A stretch of DNA of 63,962 nucleotides, filler included, from Sanchytrium tribonematis (Eukaryota), in NCBI GenBank assembly GCA_018985235.1. It is 6 parts of 6 records of this genome, joined end to end, with 100 filler letters (N's around TTAATTAATTAA, not from the genome) between each part and the next. Parts side by side here need not be neighbours in the genome. Positions count along the whole stretch, not along the records: positions 32,240 to 42,842 come from JADGIG010000289.1; positions 42,943 to 53,529 come from JADGIG010000290.1; 4 more parts are not named here. The stretch is one strand, 5' to 3'. Under the pieces are notes generated by a model. The model saw nothing but the letters and a program-made list of their open reading frames with translations. It was not told the origin of the DNA and ran no database searches. The translations under genes and the position numbers were made by a program. Shown one piece after another: positions 32,658-45,900 of this stretch (the stretch's first letter is position 1; each line of letters begins with the position of its first letter).

Positions 32658-33677
32658 ATGCCTCCATTTCCTTCGGAGATCGTATCTAAAATAATAATTC
32701 ATACTGGCATAGTCAAAACAACTAGCAAAGAAATCACAAAAGATTGTATCAGAAATTATTATCGCTCATTTGAATTTCCAGGATTCACCACAAATATTGG
32801 TACCTTTTATGATTACTCCAGGTATGTTAAAATTATTTATTTATTACTGGATGAACTGTCCTTCAATGAGAAAAATGAGTTTCTTGCCTTAAGATTTTCG
32901 CAATTGGAGCAAGTCGATATTTTTCAAATCAAACCAGAGCACAACGATTTTATTGTCGATTTTTTGATTAAAAGCAAAAATATTACAAGGCTGAACTACT
33001 ATGGACCCTGCACACATTTAATTTTAGAATCTCTTCATCTATTAACTAATTTGACGGAAGTGGAGCTTTCATATTTTTCAAAAGAATTAAAAACTCTAAA
33101 TTGTTTACCTAATGTTAGAAATTTGCCATTAAACACTAGCAATTGCGATGAAGCGATACTTTTTGATGTAAGTCATACTTTTACGTTACATTATATCACA
33201 AGCTTGCATCTTTTTCAGTTTAATTGCCTCCAGCTAAACTATATTTTGAGATTCTTTCCGATATTGATTAGTTTACAACACCTTTGTCATAATGAAAGTA
33301 GGGAATTGGAACATTTCGTTTTACCTGAAGGCATTCAAGAGCTTGATGTGTGCTGCAATTTTAATATACCATCACACACAAAATATTTGATTAGCCGTTT
33401 TCACAACAACAAATTAACAATCCCTCCTATTTCAAAATGGCTTAAATTTGTTTGCTTGGACTTACAAGAATGCGTTGACACTTCAGTTTGGACAAAATGT
33501 ATTAGATTTTGCAATCATTCTTCTTTTGAGTGTGTGATCAATATAAATTTGAAAAAATCACAAATATGCAACAAATTTTATTGCGGCTATATCTTAAATT
33601 CAAACAAATTTAAAAGACAGGTGCAGAATTTGTATTTTTATGGAGATTTTTGTGACAAGTTTGAAAAGTTAGTTTGA
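32658..33677 (+). CDS. F-box-like / leucine-rich-repeat hypothetical protein
   Basis: MPPFPSEIVSKII F-box-like start; LxxLxL-type repeats; TTGAAAC upstream. Confidence 0.5.
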   Translation: MPPFPSEIVSKIIIHTGIVKTTSKEITKDCIRNYYRSFEFPGFTTNIGTFYDYSRYVKIIYLLLDELSFNEKNEFLALRFSQLEQVDIFQIKPEHNDFIVDFLIKSKNITRLNYYGPCTHLILESLHLLTNLTEVELSYFSKELKTLNCLPNVRNLPLNTSNCDEAILFDVSHTFTLHYITSLHLFQFNCLQLNYILRFFPILISLQHLCHNESRELEHFVLPEGIQELDVCCNFNIPSHTKYLISRFHNNKLTIPPISKWLKFVCLDLQECVDTSVWTKCIRFCNHSSFECVININLKKSQICNKFYCGYILNSNKFKRQVQNLYFYGDFCDKFEKLV

Positions 33678-33974
33678 TTTTACATATTTTGAAAATATGT
33701 TCTTAGTCCAGTATCCGTAAGATCATGAAAATTGCAAATCATTTCAGTAGTTTGAGTATTTCCATATTAAATGTTATAAAAGTACCACAGAAAATTATTG
33801 ATATGTTTTTGAACTAAATTTTTGTTTTTCATTAATTATAAACTTAATTATCTTACTACGCCAAACTGGTTAAAATTGCTAATTGTCCCATGTCGCTTGT
33901 AAAAATACTTAATTCATGCAGAGTTTCCACAATGCATCAATAAATTAACCGATCTCCTTGATACAATTGCAATA

Positions 33975-35452
33975 ATGTCTTGTGATTTAGGTTTATATGG
34001 ATTAGCAGTTATGGGTCAAAATTTGATCTTAAATTTCAATGACCATGGCTACAAAGTGTGTGCTTTCAACCGAACAGTGTCAAAGGTGACAGCTTTTTTA
34101 GATGATGAGGCTAAAGGAACCAATGTTGTGGGTGCCTCTGATGTTAAGGAATTTATTGGCAAATTAAAGAAGCCTAGAGTTGTTTTTATTCTGGTCAAGG
34201 CTGGACCAGCAGTAGACGACTTTATTCATACTATATTGCCTCTTTTGGATCAAGGAGATGTTGTTGTTGATGGTGGAAATTCTCACTATCCAGACTCAAT
34301 CAGGAGATGCGAAGCTTTGGAAAGTAAAGGCATTTACTTTATTGGATGTGGAGTATCTGGTGGCGAGGAAGGTGCAAGATATGGTCCATCTATGATGCCA
34401 GGTGGACATCCTAAGGCTTGGCCAATTGTTAAAGACATGTTTCAAGCTGTGAGTGCAAAATCAACTTCTAAAGGTGTTAGCTCTCCATGTTGTACATGGG
34501 TCGGGCAATCTGGAAGTGGTCATTTTGTCAAGATGGTTCATAATGGTATCGAATATGGAGATATGCAGCTTATCTGTGAGGTTTATCACTGCATGCTTAA
34601 TATTGGAATGTCAAACCAGGAAATGTCTGATGTTTTCACGGAATGGAACAAGACTGAGCTAGATTCTTATTTGATCGAAATCACTGCTGACATATTAAAA
34701 TATAAAGAACCTGGTGCTAATGATTATTTAGTTAACCAAATTTTGGACTGCGCTGGGCAAAAAGGAACAGGGAAGTGGACAGCACAGGTTGCTTTGGATG
34801 TTGGTATGCCAGTAACATTAATTGGTGAAGCCGTCTTTAGCAGATGTTTGAGTGCATTGAAAGCAGAAAGAACAGCAGCAAGTAAGATTTTACCAGGGCC
34901 GGAAACCAGTCAAATAAGTGCAAGTGACAAAGCTGCCTTATTAAAAGACTTGAAGAGTGCATTGTACGCAAGCAAGATCACTTCTTATGCCCAAGGATTC
35001 ATGTTGCTTCGCGAGGCTGCCAAAGAATACAAATGGGACTTAAACTATGGCGATATTGCACTTATGTGGAGAGGTGGTTGTATCATCAGAAGCGCGTTTT
35101 TGGGCGATATTACAAACGCGTTTACAACTCAAAAGGAATTAAGCAATTTATTACTTGATCCATTTTTCAAGAGTGCCTTGGTCAAAACACTTCCTGGTTG
35201 GAGAAGGGTTGCCCAATTCGCAATAGGAAAAGGAATTCCAATTCCATGTATGAGTACTGCTCTCTCATTTTATGATGGATATCGTTTGGAAAGACTCCCA
35301 GCAAATTTATTGCAAGGAATGAGAGACTACTTCGGGGCCCACACTTATGAACTTTTGGGTAAAGAAGGTCATTTCCACACCAATTGGACAGGTAATCATT
35401 TATTTACTTAGGAAAGGGTGGTAAAACAAGTGCTAGTACCTACTTGGCATAA
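33975..35452 (+). CDS. GND1: 6-phosphogluconate dehydrogenase (exons 33975-35391, 35412-35452)
   Basis: GLAVMGQNL, GHFVKMVHNGIEYGDMQ, RDYFGAHTYE; spliced end HTNWTG|KGGKTSASTYLA*. Confidence 0.97.
35392..35411 (+). other. 20-nt spliceosomal intron
   Basis: GTAATCATTTATTTACTTAG; removal restores the conserved NWTGxGG..SASTY.A C-terminus. Confidence 0.95.
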
Positions 35453-35479
35453 AAATAAATACTAGCCCATTAGTTTATT

Positions 35480-36481
35480 TTAGGTGGCGTATGGTTCTAA
35501 ATGTATAAAGTGGCTGCTCATTTCTATTGCATCTTTTATACTGGATATATCTTCTTCCAAAGACTTGCTTATATCTGACAAGGCCCGTTGCGTATTTAAG
35601 CCATATTCTGCAAATTTAAAACAATTATCAAATCTAGCTGAAATGTACGAATTGCATTGTGAATTAGTGTATCTTACGACGCTAGAAATGTCAAAGTTGC
35701 GCATATCTATAAACATATTTGACTTTTCGTGCTCGTATAATAAAGAATGTTGACACGAATGTGAACCCAAAAATTTTGGAAATTCTTCAAATTTGTAATC
35801 AATCTTATTTTTCAGCATATGCAAATAAACCTGCATTGGGACATCTAGTTCAGAAAAGGAGGTCATATTCTGTATAACTGACTTGTTGAAGTGAGCTATT
35901 TTCGAATTTGGCCGAAACTCGTTCAAGCATTTCAAGCTATAAATTTCCCAAATTTTATCGTTGCCAGGATATTTATCCAAACTACTCCAAAAAAGATTCC
36001 CGCTGAGTACAGATGGGTCAGATAAAAAGAATATAGGCTCGTTGATCCAAAGTATTTCTCTGTAATCGACAAGAAATATCCCTTGTAAAGTTGTATTTGC
36101 CTGTATAACATTTGTATTAGGTAAGAACCTTAAAACTTTTAACAATTTGGCATCCATTTCATTGTATATTACAGATATAGGAAGCGTGCACTTTTTGACC
36201 CGCAAAAAGAGTATAGATGCCACAAGCCTCTCAATATTTCGATCTATTGCGTTGAAAACTATACCGTGATTATCATTAGGTATTACAAAAGTATAGTTAG
36301 TTGTTTTTTGCTTAATATCTTGGCTATGAAGTACTTGCTCGCGAGTAATGTAATAACAATCTTTCAAATTTAGATTGCAATCAGCTCTATTATAAAGTAT
36401 GTCTTGATGTTCCATGTGATTATTTGCAATCGGCGAGCATGTTATAGCAAATATAGTAAGCAATGTCTGCCAAGAATGCAT
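35480..36481 (-). CDS. Divergent GT71 (Mnn2/Mnn1-like) mannosyltransferase-fold protein
   Basis: GIV..., LRVKKCTLPISVIY, YREILWINEPIFFLSDPS, GNLFW resemble GT71 blocks; signal peptide. Confidence 0.55.
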   Translation of the reverse strand: MHSWQTLLTIFAITCSPIANNHMEHQDILYNRADCNLNLKDCYYITREQVLHSQDIKQKTTNYTFVIPNDNHGIVFNAIDRNIERLVASILFLRVKKCTLPISVIYNEMDAKLLKVLRFLPNTNVIQANTTLQGIFLVDYREILWINEPIFFLSDPSVLSGNLFWSSLDKYPGNDKIWEIYSLKCLNEFRPNSKIAHFNKSVIQNMTSFSELDVPMQVYLHMLKNKIDYKFEEFPKFLGSHSCQHSLLYEHEKSNMFIDMRNFDISSVVRYTNSQCNSYISARFDNCFKFAEYGLNTQRALSDISKSLEEDISSIKDAIEMSSHFIHLEPYAT

Positions 36482-36673
36482 AATCTTTTTCAGACGAAAA
36501 TTTGCTCTTGTTTCACCCGTGTAGTCCAGAATTTCATAAAACGGATAAAGATATATCAGATGATATTACATCCAAATTCTATCTCATTTAAATTTTAGCA
36601 TACTTGTATTATGAACATTCCCAATTTTATCGTCTAAGTGTTGATTCCGTCACGGCATAGGCCATAAATTGAG

Positions 36674-39266
36674 ATGAGAGCTATCTCTATTCTTGAGATT
36701 CTAATGATGAATTTACAATTCTTCAGTATCACATTTTCATTGCATATAGTGTGGCCGGATACGTTCAAAGGTTTTTTTCAGTTCTTAAACTTTTTTAGGC
36801 TAGACTTATCGTGGATAATTATCGACGATATGATCAATGATGACAGAAGTTATTACATGATTATTTGCATTGTAGTGCCATTAATTCTGATTGCTTCCAT
36901 GATCATATTATTTCGCGATAATCTTGAAAATATTGTCTATACAATCGCAATGTTTTCCATTGGTGGTTATATTTATAATCGAGAATATCCTAATGATGTG
37001 TCTGTATATGGTACAAAAAAGGTATTTTTAAAAGATGATTTGTTGTCTAATACTCACGCTAGCATGACGACGACTTTATTGATTGGTGTAGTGATATCCA
37101 GTGGATTCGCCATTTATCAATTGCGGCGTTTGTACCGTTTGTTGAGATCAGAAATTAAGACAAAATCAGAAGAGACTGATCAGTTAGCTGGAAATAATAG
37201 CAGTATCGTTACTGTCAAGTCAATGAGAAAACAGATTGTAAATTTCGGAACTTGGATTTTTTTAATCGTAGTATACACTAATATTGATTTACCCAGCTAC
37301 ATACAGACATTTATCATTTTATTTATTTTATTTTTGTCTTATCTGATGATTACAAGTTTTAATTTAAAGTATAAATCAAAAACGTTTCATGTTCCAGTTT
37401 TAGATAAAATGAATGCGATAAACAGCAAAATTGGTGACAAAATCAGAGGAATTGCACTTCAACTAATTATTTTGTGTTTTGGTTTTGTGTATATACCAGT
37501 AAGTGAATATAGTCTTCGAATGTTTAGATGCGCGTCAGCTAATAAGGACGGATTTTATATGCCTAAAAGCGTCAAAATGAATCTAAAAGACATAATTTTC
37601 TCTACAACGCAAGTACATACACCTCTTATAGCTTGCGGTAATATCACTGCTAATATCTGCACTCCAAAAGCTTACAATTTAACCTGTAGCGGATATCATG
37701 GAAATTTGTTGGAAAATATGAGACTCGAATCTCAACCAGAATTGGATTGTGACTTGGAATCTAGTCCATTTCAAATACCTGCTATTTTGACAATCATTGC
37801 AGTCACATTTTTCTTTCCATTTCTTTATTACGTGTTAATCCACATGGCTGTGAACATTATAAAAGCTGTTAAAGCAGATGCGGAGGAAATCGATCCTTGG
37901 AATGTGAAAATGGAGAGAATTACCACCTCAGCCAGTGCATTATTTAGTATGTTTAAATATAAAACAAGATACACCAAAATATTGTATTTGCTTCAAAGAC
38001 TATTATTAGTAGTAATTGCCGTATTTTGTGATCTTTCCTATTCACCATTTCTGTTATTAGTAGTCCATTTGATTGCACTGGTCTGCTATGCAATTTTCCG
38101 ACCATATCGAGAAATGTTTGAAAATGCATTAGCCGTTTCCCTATCGGTCGCTCAATCAATTAATCTTACTTTTGCAGCTATAGCAAGCAGAGGAGGTGTT
38201 TCAAATGCACTTCTCATACTGGCTGCTATAATAATAGCATTTGCTCCAATTGTGAGTATAGTATATCATTTTTATGACAAAAGAAAAAAGAAGAAATTAA
38301 ATACCAAGCCTCCAGAGCCCAAAAAGACATTTAAACAATGGCTGTTGGTTCAATTTGGTGCAGACACACAAAATGAGAATGTAGAGGGACTGGCCGTGAC
38401 TCGAAAAGAGCTAAAAAATTATATGCAAATTAGTAATAGGCGTTTACTAGGAGTTTTGAATAACTTCTTTTTATTATTGAGTGCATTGTTAATTGCTGCA
38501 TTAGGAGTTTCCTTGGGAAATTTCTTCCATTATTTTAGGGAAGCAGTAAGAACAGATTTAATTTTTGCAAATTACACGATGACCTCTACTTTTATGACTC
38601 AGGCAAATTACATGCCATTTGTTTTAAATAGAGCATTTCCTCAAGCTTCTGTGGATCTAAAAATCAAACAATCTGAAATTGCAAGGAATGTGACATACAA
38701 TGGTTATTTCGGCCATTATGCAACAGGAACTTGGAGACAAGGATGCTGCTGCACCGTGGAAACAGAAAGTTTTGTAAATAATTCCATTACTGTCAATATG
38801 ACATATGAGAGATGGAATTGTGCCTACCAAGAACAAAATTCGGGTTTTGGTTGGATCAATGTCAACAAAAGTGCAGCTATTGCTTTTATCGACAATGGAT
38901 CTGCAGATTTGAGGCAGGTTGTATTCGAAGTAGTTTATATTAACGTAGAGACTTTTGCGATCTATGAATGTATCACAGCCTAATTCAGACAAAATGCAAT
39001 TCAGTTTGAATGGAGATTGGATTCGACCTTTGTGTTCACCGATAGTCTTGCCTACTTGCAAAATTAATGTACCTATTAAATACATAAACGAGAAATGGAG
39101 ACTGAGGCACCCAATTGCTCAATGTCCAACTGTTTATAACGTGAACGAGCCGGATTACCATGAGTATTATTTGAATGAAATTTTGGATCCAAATGGGCAA
39201 TACTATAAAGATATTAACACAAGTTCAGATAAGAAGAAAATGCTCGAAATGTTTTATATGTGGTAA
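36674..39266 (+). CDS. Large polytopic membrane protein (exons 36674-38929, 38949-39266)
   Basis: More than 10 hydrophobic segments, Cys-containing loops, Cys-rich C-terminal region joined by splicing. Confidence 0.7.
38930..38948 (+). other. 19-nt spliceosomal intron
   Basis: GTAGTTTATATTAACGTAG; spliced VVFE|RLLRSMNV joins the 36674 and 38955 ORFs in frame. Confidence 0.82.
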
Positions 39267-39322
39267 ATAAAGACTTGTAAATTAAAAGTTATTTTCAAAA
39301 TTTAGAAAGCGGGACAAAGAGG

Positions 39323-39910
39323 ATGGAACAAATCAAATTGGGGCCAGTACATGTTAAAATATGTATAGAGTCAGACTACATTGAAATCCATGATTTACCA
39401 GGGGATACTACAAAGCAACTATTGCAAGAAATATTAAAAGATTTGTTAAAAATTGAAAAAATAGTGTTGTATCATCCTCATTTTGAATTGTACAAAACAT
39501 TTCCAATATTCGAAGATCAAGACTTACCAGTGACATTCTTTGGAGCGATTGCTAAAATATATTATTCTCATTTACATCCTGAATTTATGACATTATTAAA
39601 ACAACGAAAATGGATTACTAAAATGCAACCAACTTATTATGTAGATATTGATCAAGCTGAAAAAGAAGCAACTGAATTATTAGAATTCTTCGATATTGAA
39701 ACGAATGAAGAAGAAGTCGATGATGACGGATTTACAATGGTGAAAAGCAAACATCGTGCTCCTGTTAACAAGAGGACATACGAAAAATCAGATTTCTATA
39801 GATTCCAAATGAAAGAATCGAAAAAAAGGAAATTAGATGAACTTCAAGAGAAATTTGCTGAAGATAAGCTCAAAATAGCTAAAATGAAGAGAGTTTTTAA
39901 AGGAAAATAA
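39323..39910 (+). CDS. RRP7: Ribosomal RNA-processing protein Rrp7
   Basis: VDDDGFTMV and [26 protein letters not shown]. Confidence 0.85.
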   Translation: MEQIKLGPVHVKICIESDYIEIHDLPGDTTKQLLQEILKDLLKIEKIVLYHPHFELYKTFPIFEDQDLPVTFFGAIAKIYYSHLHPEFMTLLKQRKWITKMQPTYYVDIDQAEKEATELLEFFDIETNEEEVDDDGFTMVKSKHRAPVNKRTYEKSDFYRFQMKESKKRKLDELQEKFAEDKLKIAKMKRVFKGK

Positions 39911-39972
39911 ATAATATCAGTTTTCTTGCGATTGCCTTTGGTCCACAATTGCCAATCTCCCTGAAACAGAAT

Positions 39973-41224
39973 ATGCCCCAATTCGAAGACGTGCAAACAA
40001 AGAAAATCACAAAATCAAATCAACAAAAAGGATCATACGTAGGTGCCCACGCTACCGGATTTAAAGATTTTATGTTGAAACCGGAATTACTTCGTGCAAT
40101 TCAAGATAATGGTTTCGAACATCCTTCAATGGTACAACAAGAATGTATTCCGCAATCATTATTAGGTTGTGATGTACTTTGTCAAGCCAAAAGTGGTATG
40201 GGTAAAACAGCTGTATTTGTACTTAGTGTTTTACATCAATTGGAAAATCAACCACAAGACCATGTTTCTACTTTAGTTTTGTGCCACACCAGAGAATTGG
40301 CTTATCAAATCAAAAAAGAATTCGATCGCTTCTCTAAATATTTACCTGATTTGAAAACTGAAGTTGTCTACGGTGGTATTTCTATCCGTGACAATGTGGA
40401 TGCTTTGAAATTAAATAAGCCAAGTATCGTTGTCGGTACACCTGGTAGAATGAAGCAACTGATTCATGATAAATCATTAGATACTAGCCATGTCAAATTC
40501 TTCGTATTAGATGAGTGCGACAAAATGTTATCTTCAGTCAACATGAGAGCTGATGTTCAAACTATTTTCAAAAGTACTCCTAAATCTAAACAAGTCATGA
40601 TGTTTTCAGCTACTATGGACGACGCAATGAAAGCAACTTGCAGATTATTCATGTCAAATCCTCTTGAAATTTTTGTGGATGACGATGCGAAATTGACTTT
40701 GCACGGTTTGAGTCAATATTATGTCAAATTGGAAGAAAATGACAAAATGAAGCAATTGATCAAATTATTGGACACCTTGTCATTTAATCAAGTTGTAGTA
40801 TTTTGCAAACACGGCAGATTTACCAACAAATTGGACAAATTATTAAACAACAAGGGATTTCCATCTATTTCAATTCATGGTGATTTAAATCAACAAGAAA
40901 GAATTAGAAGATATAATACATTCAAGACTTACGAAAAGAGAATCATGATTGCGACTGATTTATTTGGAAGAGGGATTGATGTTGAAAGAGTGAATGTTGT
41001 TATAAACTTTGATATGCCAAATGGTAATATTTATTAACTTAGACCCACACCAATACTTGCATAGAGTTGGAAGAGCCGGAAGATTCGGTACTAAAGGATT
41101 AGCTATTACTTATGTCAGTTCAACTTCTGACACCGATATTTTAAATCAAGTTCAAGAGAAATTCGAAGTCAACATTACCGAAATGCCAGAAACTATTGAT
41201 CCAAGCTTATACATGAGTAAATAA
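39973..41224 (+). CDS. SUB2: DECD-box RNA helicase Sub2/UAP56 (exons 39973-41023, 41043-41224)
   Basis: [29 protein letters not shown]; spliced [22 protein letters not shown]. Confidence 0.96.
41024..41042 (+). other. 19-nt spliceosomal intron
   Basis: GTAATATTTATTAACTTAG; required to reach helicase motif VI. Confidence 0.96.
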
Positions 41225-41811
41225 AACACTGGAATCCAACCAAAACAATATGAAAATTAAAATGATAAACGAAGCAAATTAGAAATTATTAAGAAATGGA
41301 CAATTTAATATTATAATTGACACTAAATTGTATAGCGAGAGGCCACCCCAGATTTATTTTATCGGAGTCAGGCTATTGTGGTTTGAGATTGAAGAATTTT
41401 AGCACTTGTAGGGAATGACGTTCTTTAAGGTATTTCGCTCAATATTCTATTTGAAGCTGGCAATGCTGCTTGTATACCAAAAACGCGGATTGCTGTTTGT
41501 GTTTTTGTATTCTGAAGCCAGAGACGATACTCATTGATTTACTTGTGTTTATGTTTCTCTTGCATTTCTAGCTGGCACTCATGATTGTTTTCAGTATTAA
41601 GTATGACAAAATTTAATTGGTCATGCATTCAGTCTTATTTTTCTATTTCTTAACCCCTTCTGTAACCATTCCTTGAAATTTTATAAAATTTCATTTCTGA
41701 TTTTACATCTTTCATTTCTTCATTTATTGGATGTTAATTAAGCCACTACTTAACGACATCAAATGTGCTGAAATCATTCAGCGACGTCTCGAATTTCAAA
41801 ACATTTGAGAA

Positions 41812-42648
41812 ATGGATCAACAAACGAATCAACAAATTCCAGACGCAGCAACGATCAAGAAATACAAACAAGTAGGATATTTTGGATATGAACCTGATGT
41901 TAATTTGTGTTATATTACAATTGGAATTTATAGTTTTCTAACTATTTTATTAGCTATTCAAAATTATTTTCATGTTAAAAAAAAGAAATATTTTTACTTG
42001 ATGGCATTAACTGCTAGTGGATTAGCTGAAATTGCTGGGTATGTTGGTAGGATCTATACCATAGATGACCCCAATCTTCCAAATTTTATAGTTATGGATT
42101 GTTTCTTGCTTTTGACACCTAATCTTTTAGCATTTGTGGAGTACAAAACTGTTGGCAAAATTATGAGAAAGTATGGGATTGATAAAGCTTGGAATGTCAT
42201 ACCAGCAAAGTCAGTCAGTCGTCTGTTTGTTACTTCTGATGTTGTTTCTTTTTGCGTTCAAAGCACAGCTGCTTATTTCTTAACCAGTGGAAAAGAAGAC
42301 GACCAGCCAATTGGAAAGGTAATTATGCTGACTGGACTTGGTATTCAAATTGGCTTCTTTACTGGATTCTTCGTGTTGATGACATATGTGTTTTTCAAGG
42401 TAAACGAATTAAGAATGGCATTTTTAGCTTTATTCATTCAGATGGGTTGTTTGTATGTTAGAGGTGTTTACAGAATAATAGAATTTGCAAACAACAATAC
42501 AGCAGAAATTAACAAGCATGAATATTACTTTTATTATTTCGATACTTTGCTGATTGGAATTTGTCTTGTAACTTACAATGTATTCTACTTTGCAAGATAT
42601 CTTGACAAACCAGTTATTTCTAAAGAAATAGCAATAAATAAAGATTAA
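41812..42648 (+). CDS. RTA1-like seven-TM protein
   Basis: FGYEP, EIAGYVGR, FVTSDVVSFCVQ, GLGIQIGFF, VRGVYRIIEF, HEYYFYYFD. Confidence 0.9.
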   Translation: MDQQTNQQIPDAATIKKYKQVGYFGYEPDVNLCYITIGIYSFLTILLAIQNYFHVKKKKYFYLMALTASGLAEIAGYVGRIYTIDDPNLPNFIVMDCFLLLTPNLLAFVEYKTVGKIMRKYGIDKAWNVIPAKSVSRLFVTSDVVSFCVQSTAAYFLTSGKEDDQPIGKVIMLTGLGIQIGFFTGFFVLMTYVFFKVNELRMAFLALFIQMGCLYVRGVYRIIEFANNNTAEINKHEYYFYYFDTLLIGICLVTYNVFYFARYLDKPVISKEIAINKD

Positions 42649-42661
42649 ATCGCATCATTTA

Positions 42662-42841
42662 TTATGGCAATGCATCTAGCATTAATTGTATAAATTCACT
42701 TTCATTGATTTCACCATCTTGGTCTTGATCAAATTCATCAATCATCGCTTGTAATTCATCATCATCTACTTGCTCTCCCAACTCTCTAGCAATTTTTCGT
42801 AGATTTTTGACAGATATGGTGCCTTTATTTTCTTCATCAAA
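42662..42841 (-). CDS. CDC31: Centrin (Cdc31/centrin-3-like), C-terminal EF hands (partial, missed by ORF track)
   Basis: [59 protein letters not shown]. Confidence 0.88.
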   Translation of the reverse strand, partial: FDEENKGTISVKNLRKIARELGEQVDDDELQAMIDEFDQDQDGEINESEFIQLMLDALP

Positions 42842-42842
42842 T

Positions 42843-42942
42843 NNNNNNNNNNNNNNNNNNNNNNNNNNNNNNNNNNNNNNNNNNNNTTAATTAATTAANN
42901 NNNNNNNNNNNNNNNNNNNNNNNNNNNNNNNNNNNNNNNNNN
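42843..42942. other. Artificial contig linker
   Basis: N44-TTAATTAATTAA-N44. Confidence 0.97.
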
Positions 42943-45900
42943 GTTTGAGAGATAACGCCTTTGGGCGATGTTTCCAATTTGTCTAAATTACTTGTAGGAA
43001 TTTTATCAGGTACAACTGGTTTGTTAGTAGAAGCAGTTTGAATTTCTTGAGTAGCAGGAGAGTTTTTGGCAAGGGTACTTTTTTCTTGCTGAAAGTCAAT
43101 ACTCTTTTGTTTCTTCAAGTCTTTTTCAATAATAGTATAAGATCCTTTGGGAATGTTGCCATATTTCTTAGCAGGATTTGAAGTAAAATTATACTTGACA
43201 TGCAGAGACATCCCCTTTCCAAGATCATAGGTATCGTCAATCGATCCTTTTTTGATAATTTCTGCAATATTTGGGGTTATAATACTACTGAAGAGTTTAT
43301 GTGGTCCAATTCTTGCGTGATCACGAAGTTCAATTGATAAACGCGCTCTAGCAACGTTGTAAACATCAACGGCAACGCTCTCATTAAAAGAAGGATTCTC
43401 AGTTTTTTTATGCACTTCAGTTTTAATGACGGTTTTATCGTCAATAAAGACGGAAGCATATGGATCACAACCACCCAAAAAATCACCTTGCCCTAAATTT
43501 TTGGCCTCTAGTAATTCTATTTTTAAAGAGCCGTACCCTAAGGCACTAACCGTTGGCTCCGCCTTGTAAGTAGTAGGAACAATTTTGACAGATGCAGTTA
43601 CTTCAGATTTAACTTCTCCTCCCTGTAGCTTAAATATGACTTGTTTCGATGCAAGATTATTCTCTAAGATCTCAATGGCAGTAAAATAATAACTACCAAT
43701 TATGGAATCTTTGTTATAAACCTTTAAATGTGCCACACTGTACTTGATTTCTTTCAAAAATACGTCAAAAGATTCTTCCCAAATAGGATTATTCGTCTTC
43801 TTTTTGACTTTACTTGAATAAGCTGGAATAGTGGAGTCGTCTACCAACAATTCGAATTTGTAGTTGCTGACATCGGAAAAATTCCCATCATGAATTGCGA
43901 TTTGTAAAAATGCGGAGTCTAAGTTAATAAATAATACCAAAATTGCCTATGACTGAAGAATTCTCATACTCGGTAGCAAGAGGAAACAATTCGCATTCCA
44001 TATAAATCTGTCCCACCCTTTTGTCAGACAATAAAACATCAAATGGCTGCGATTGTGTGATTCTAGAATCTAAAGAAATTTTTGGGGCGGAATCGTCTGG
44101 AGAGCTGACGCCGTCCTGAAAGACATTGAGAAAAGCCGAACCCATGTGCTTGTCTTTTGTCATTTGATTGTAATCATACAATTCTATAGCAAGTTTTTCT
44201 TTAAAAGTCCTGATCGGAATAAAAAAAGTTTCATCAAATTCAGGGTTCAAAGAGTTTTCAACAACTAGAGTTTTTCCAACGCTTCTAGTATTACATTTGA
44301 CGACACAATAAGGGTCTGATGTTCCACTTAATTCTTGATTTTTAAGATTTTTACAGCGAAGGACTCTAATCTTGGCTACACATTTAGCTGGAATGACAGT
44401 ACTTAATTCACTTTCACTTAAATAAATAGGCTTCCATTCAAAAGTAATAAGCATTTTGCCACTAACAGCGTCGTTAAGTTCATACCAATCCTGACGCCCG
44501 GCCTTTTTGTCGATAATATAGCTTGTGTTAAACTCTTTGCTACCAATAATTGGATCGGCTGCTAAATCTCTTTGGTCTTTGATTGCAATAAACAATTTGC
44601 CGCTATTTCTATTTGGAACAAACACATCCGCTGTTTCTTCAAAACGCGGATTATTAGTTCGTTTCTTTGTTTTACTCTTAAATACTGAATCTCCATTGAA
44701 CTTAATTTCTAGATAGGGATTGTATGATCCACTTAAACTCTTTATTTCACCTTGGATATGCTTACATTTGTGAATTGTGACTCGTAAGATACCACTTCTG
44801 ATAGGCAGTTCCTTATTGGGTTCACAAACTGGATACCAAAATGAATCAAACACAATTTGGCCTCTCTCGTCTTTGTTATTAAATAAAGTAAGTTCCTTAT
44901 CAATTAATTGGTTGTCGTCCACGTGCTCCAAAAGCTGAAAGTCGGCTTTTCCAACTGTTTTAAATCCGACCTGGTCATGGTCTTTAACATCAAAACTGAT
45001 TTTATCCAAATTCAAATCATAGATTAAAATAAATTTCAACTCGTCAAAATGAGGATTGAGATTGTTTTCAAATACATCAGTGCTTGCAACGAGGCGACCG
45101 TTTAGCAAAATATCACAATAAGGATCACTTTTCCCGATAATTTCTGTATTTTTGAAATTTTTCCCTTCAATTAGGTGAACTTTGAGTACGCCCACCGGTC
45201 CGGATTGTACGACGCCATTTAAAATAGCATCAACGTCAATTGGCATTCGGACAGGTGCAACCAAGATTGTATTCATTATCATATTAATGATCATTTGTAT
45301 ACTTTGCTTAATTCCTGGCAGATTCATTACATCCATTGACAGATTGCCGAGAGGCTTCAACACAAAGTCAATCTCGGGCAAAGTTTCGAACCAGATCTCC
45401 ACAACCTTAACATGAGGAAATTTAGTCATCAACTTGATTCTACAATGAAGTCGACCTCTAAAATAAGTATCTTTGACAGAGACTGGAATCGCTGTACTAG
45501 CTATACCTTTTCCTAATCTTATTTCTAAAAGAATATTACTATTAGCGTCAGAATTATTTTCAACTGGTGCATAAACAACGTTGAAAACTAGATATATAAT
45601 ATCATCCTCAACATCAGTATTTGTTTCTACTGTATTAATGCGAACACCAGTACTACCTAGACTAAATTCCTTAAAGCGAAGGTCGTCTAAAAAGGATGGC
45701 TTATAAAGTTCTAAATAAGGGTCAATGACTCCTACAATTATTTCCGACAAAACTGGTTCAAACATTCCCCAGTACTTTTCAATTAAGGCATTTAACCACT
45801 CGACTCGCTCCCCATTTGTCCATCCGCCTTCTTCATTTTGAAAATTTATAATTTCTAAATTAAAAGCTTTCTCAAATTCAACTCTCATATTCCTCTTAGT

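Noticed and set aside
41225..41811. Long intergenic region possibly encoding an ncRNA or small protein
   Set aside because: Only short ORFs and no recognisable tRNA, snRNA or snoRNA motif by eye; needs a covariance-model search.
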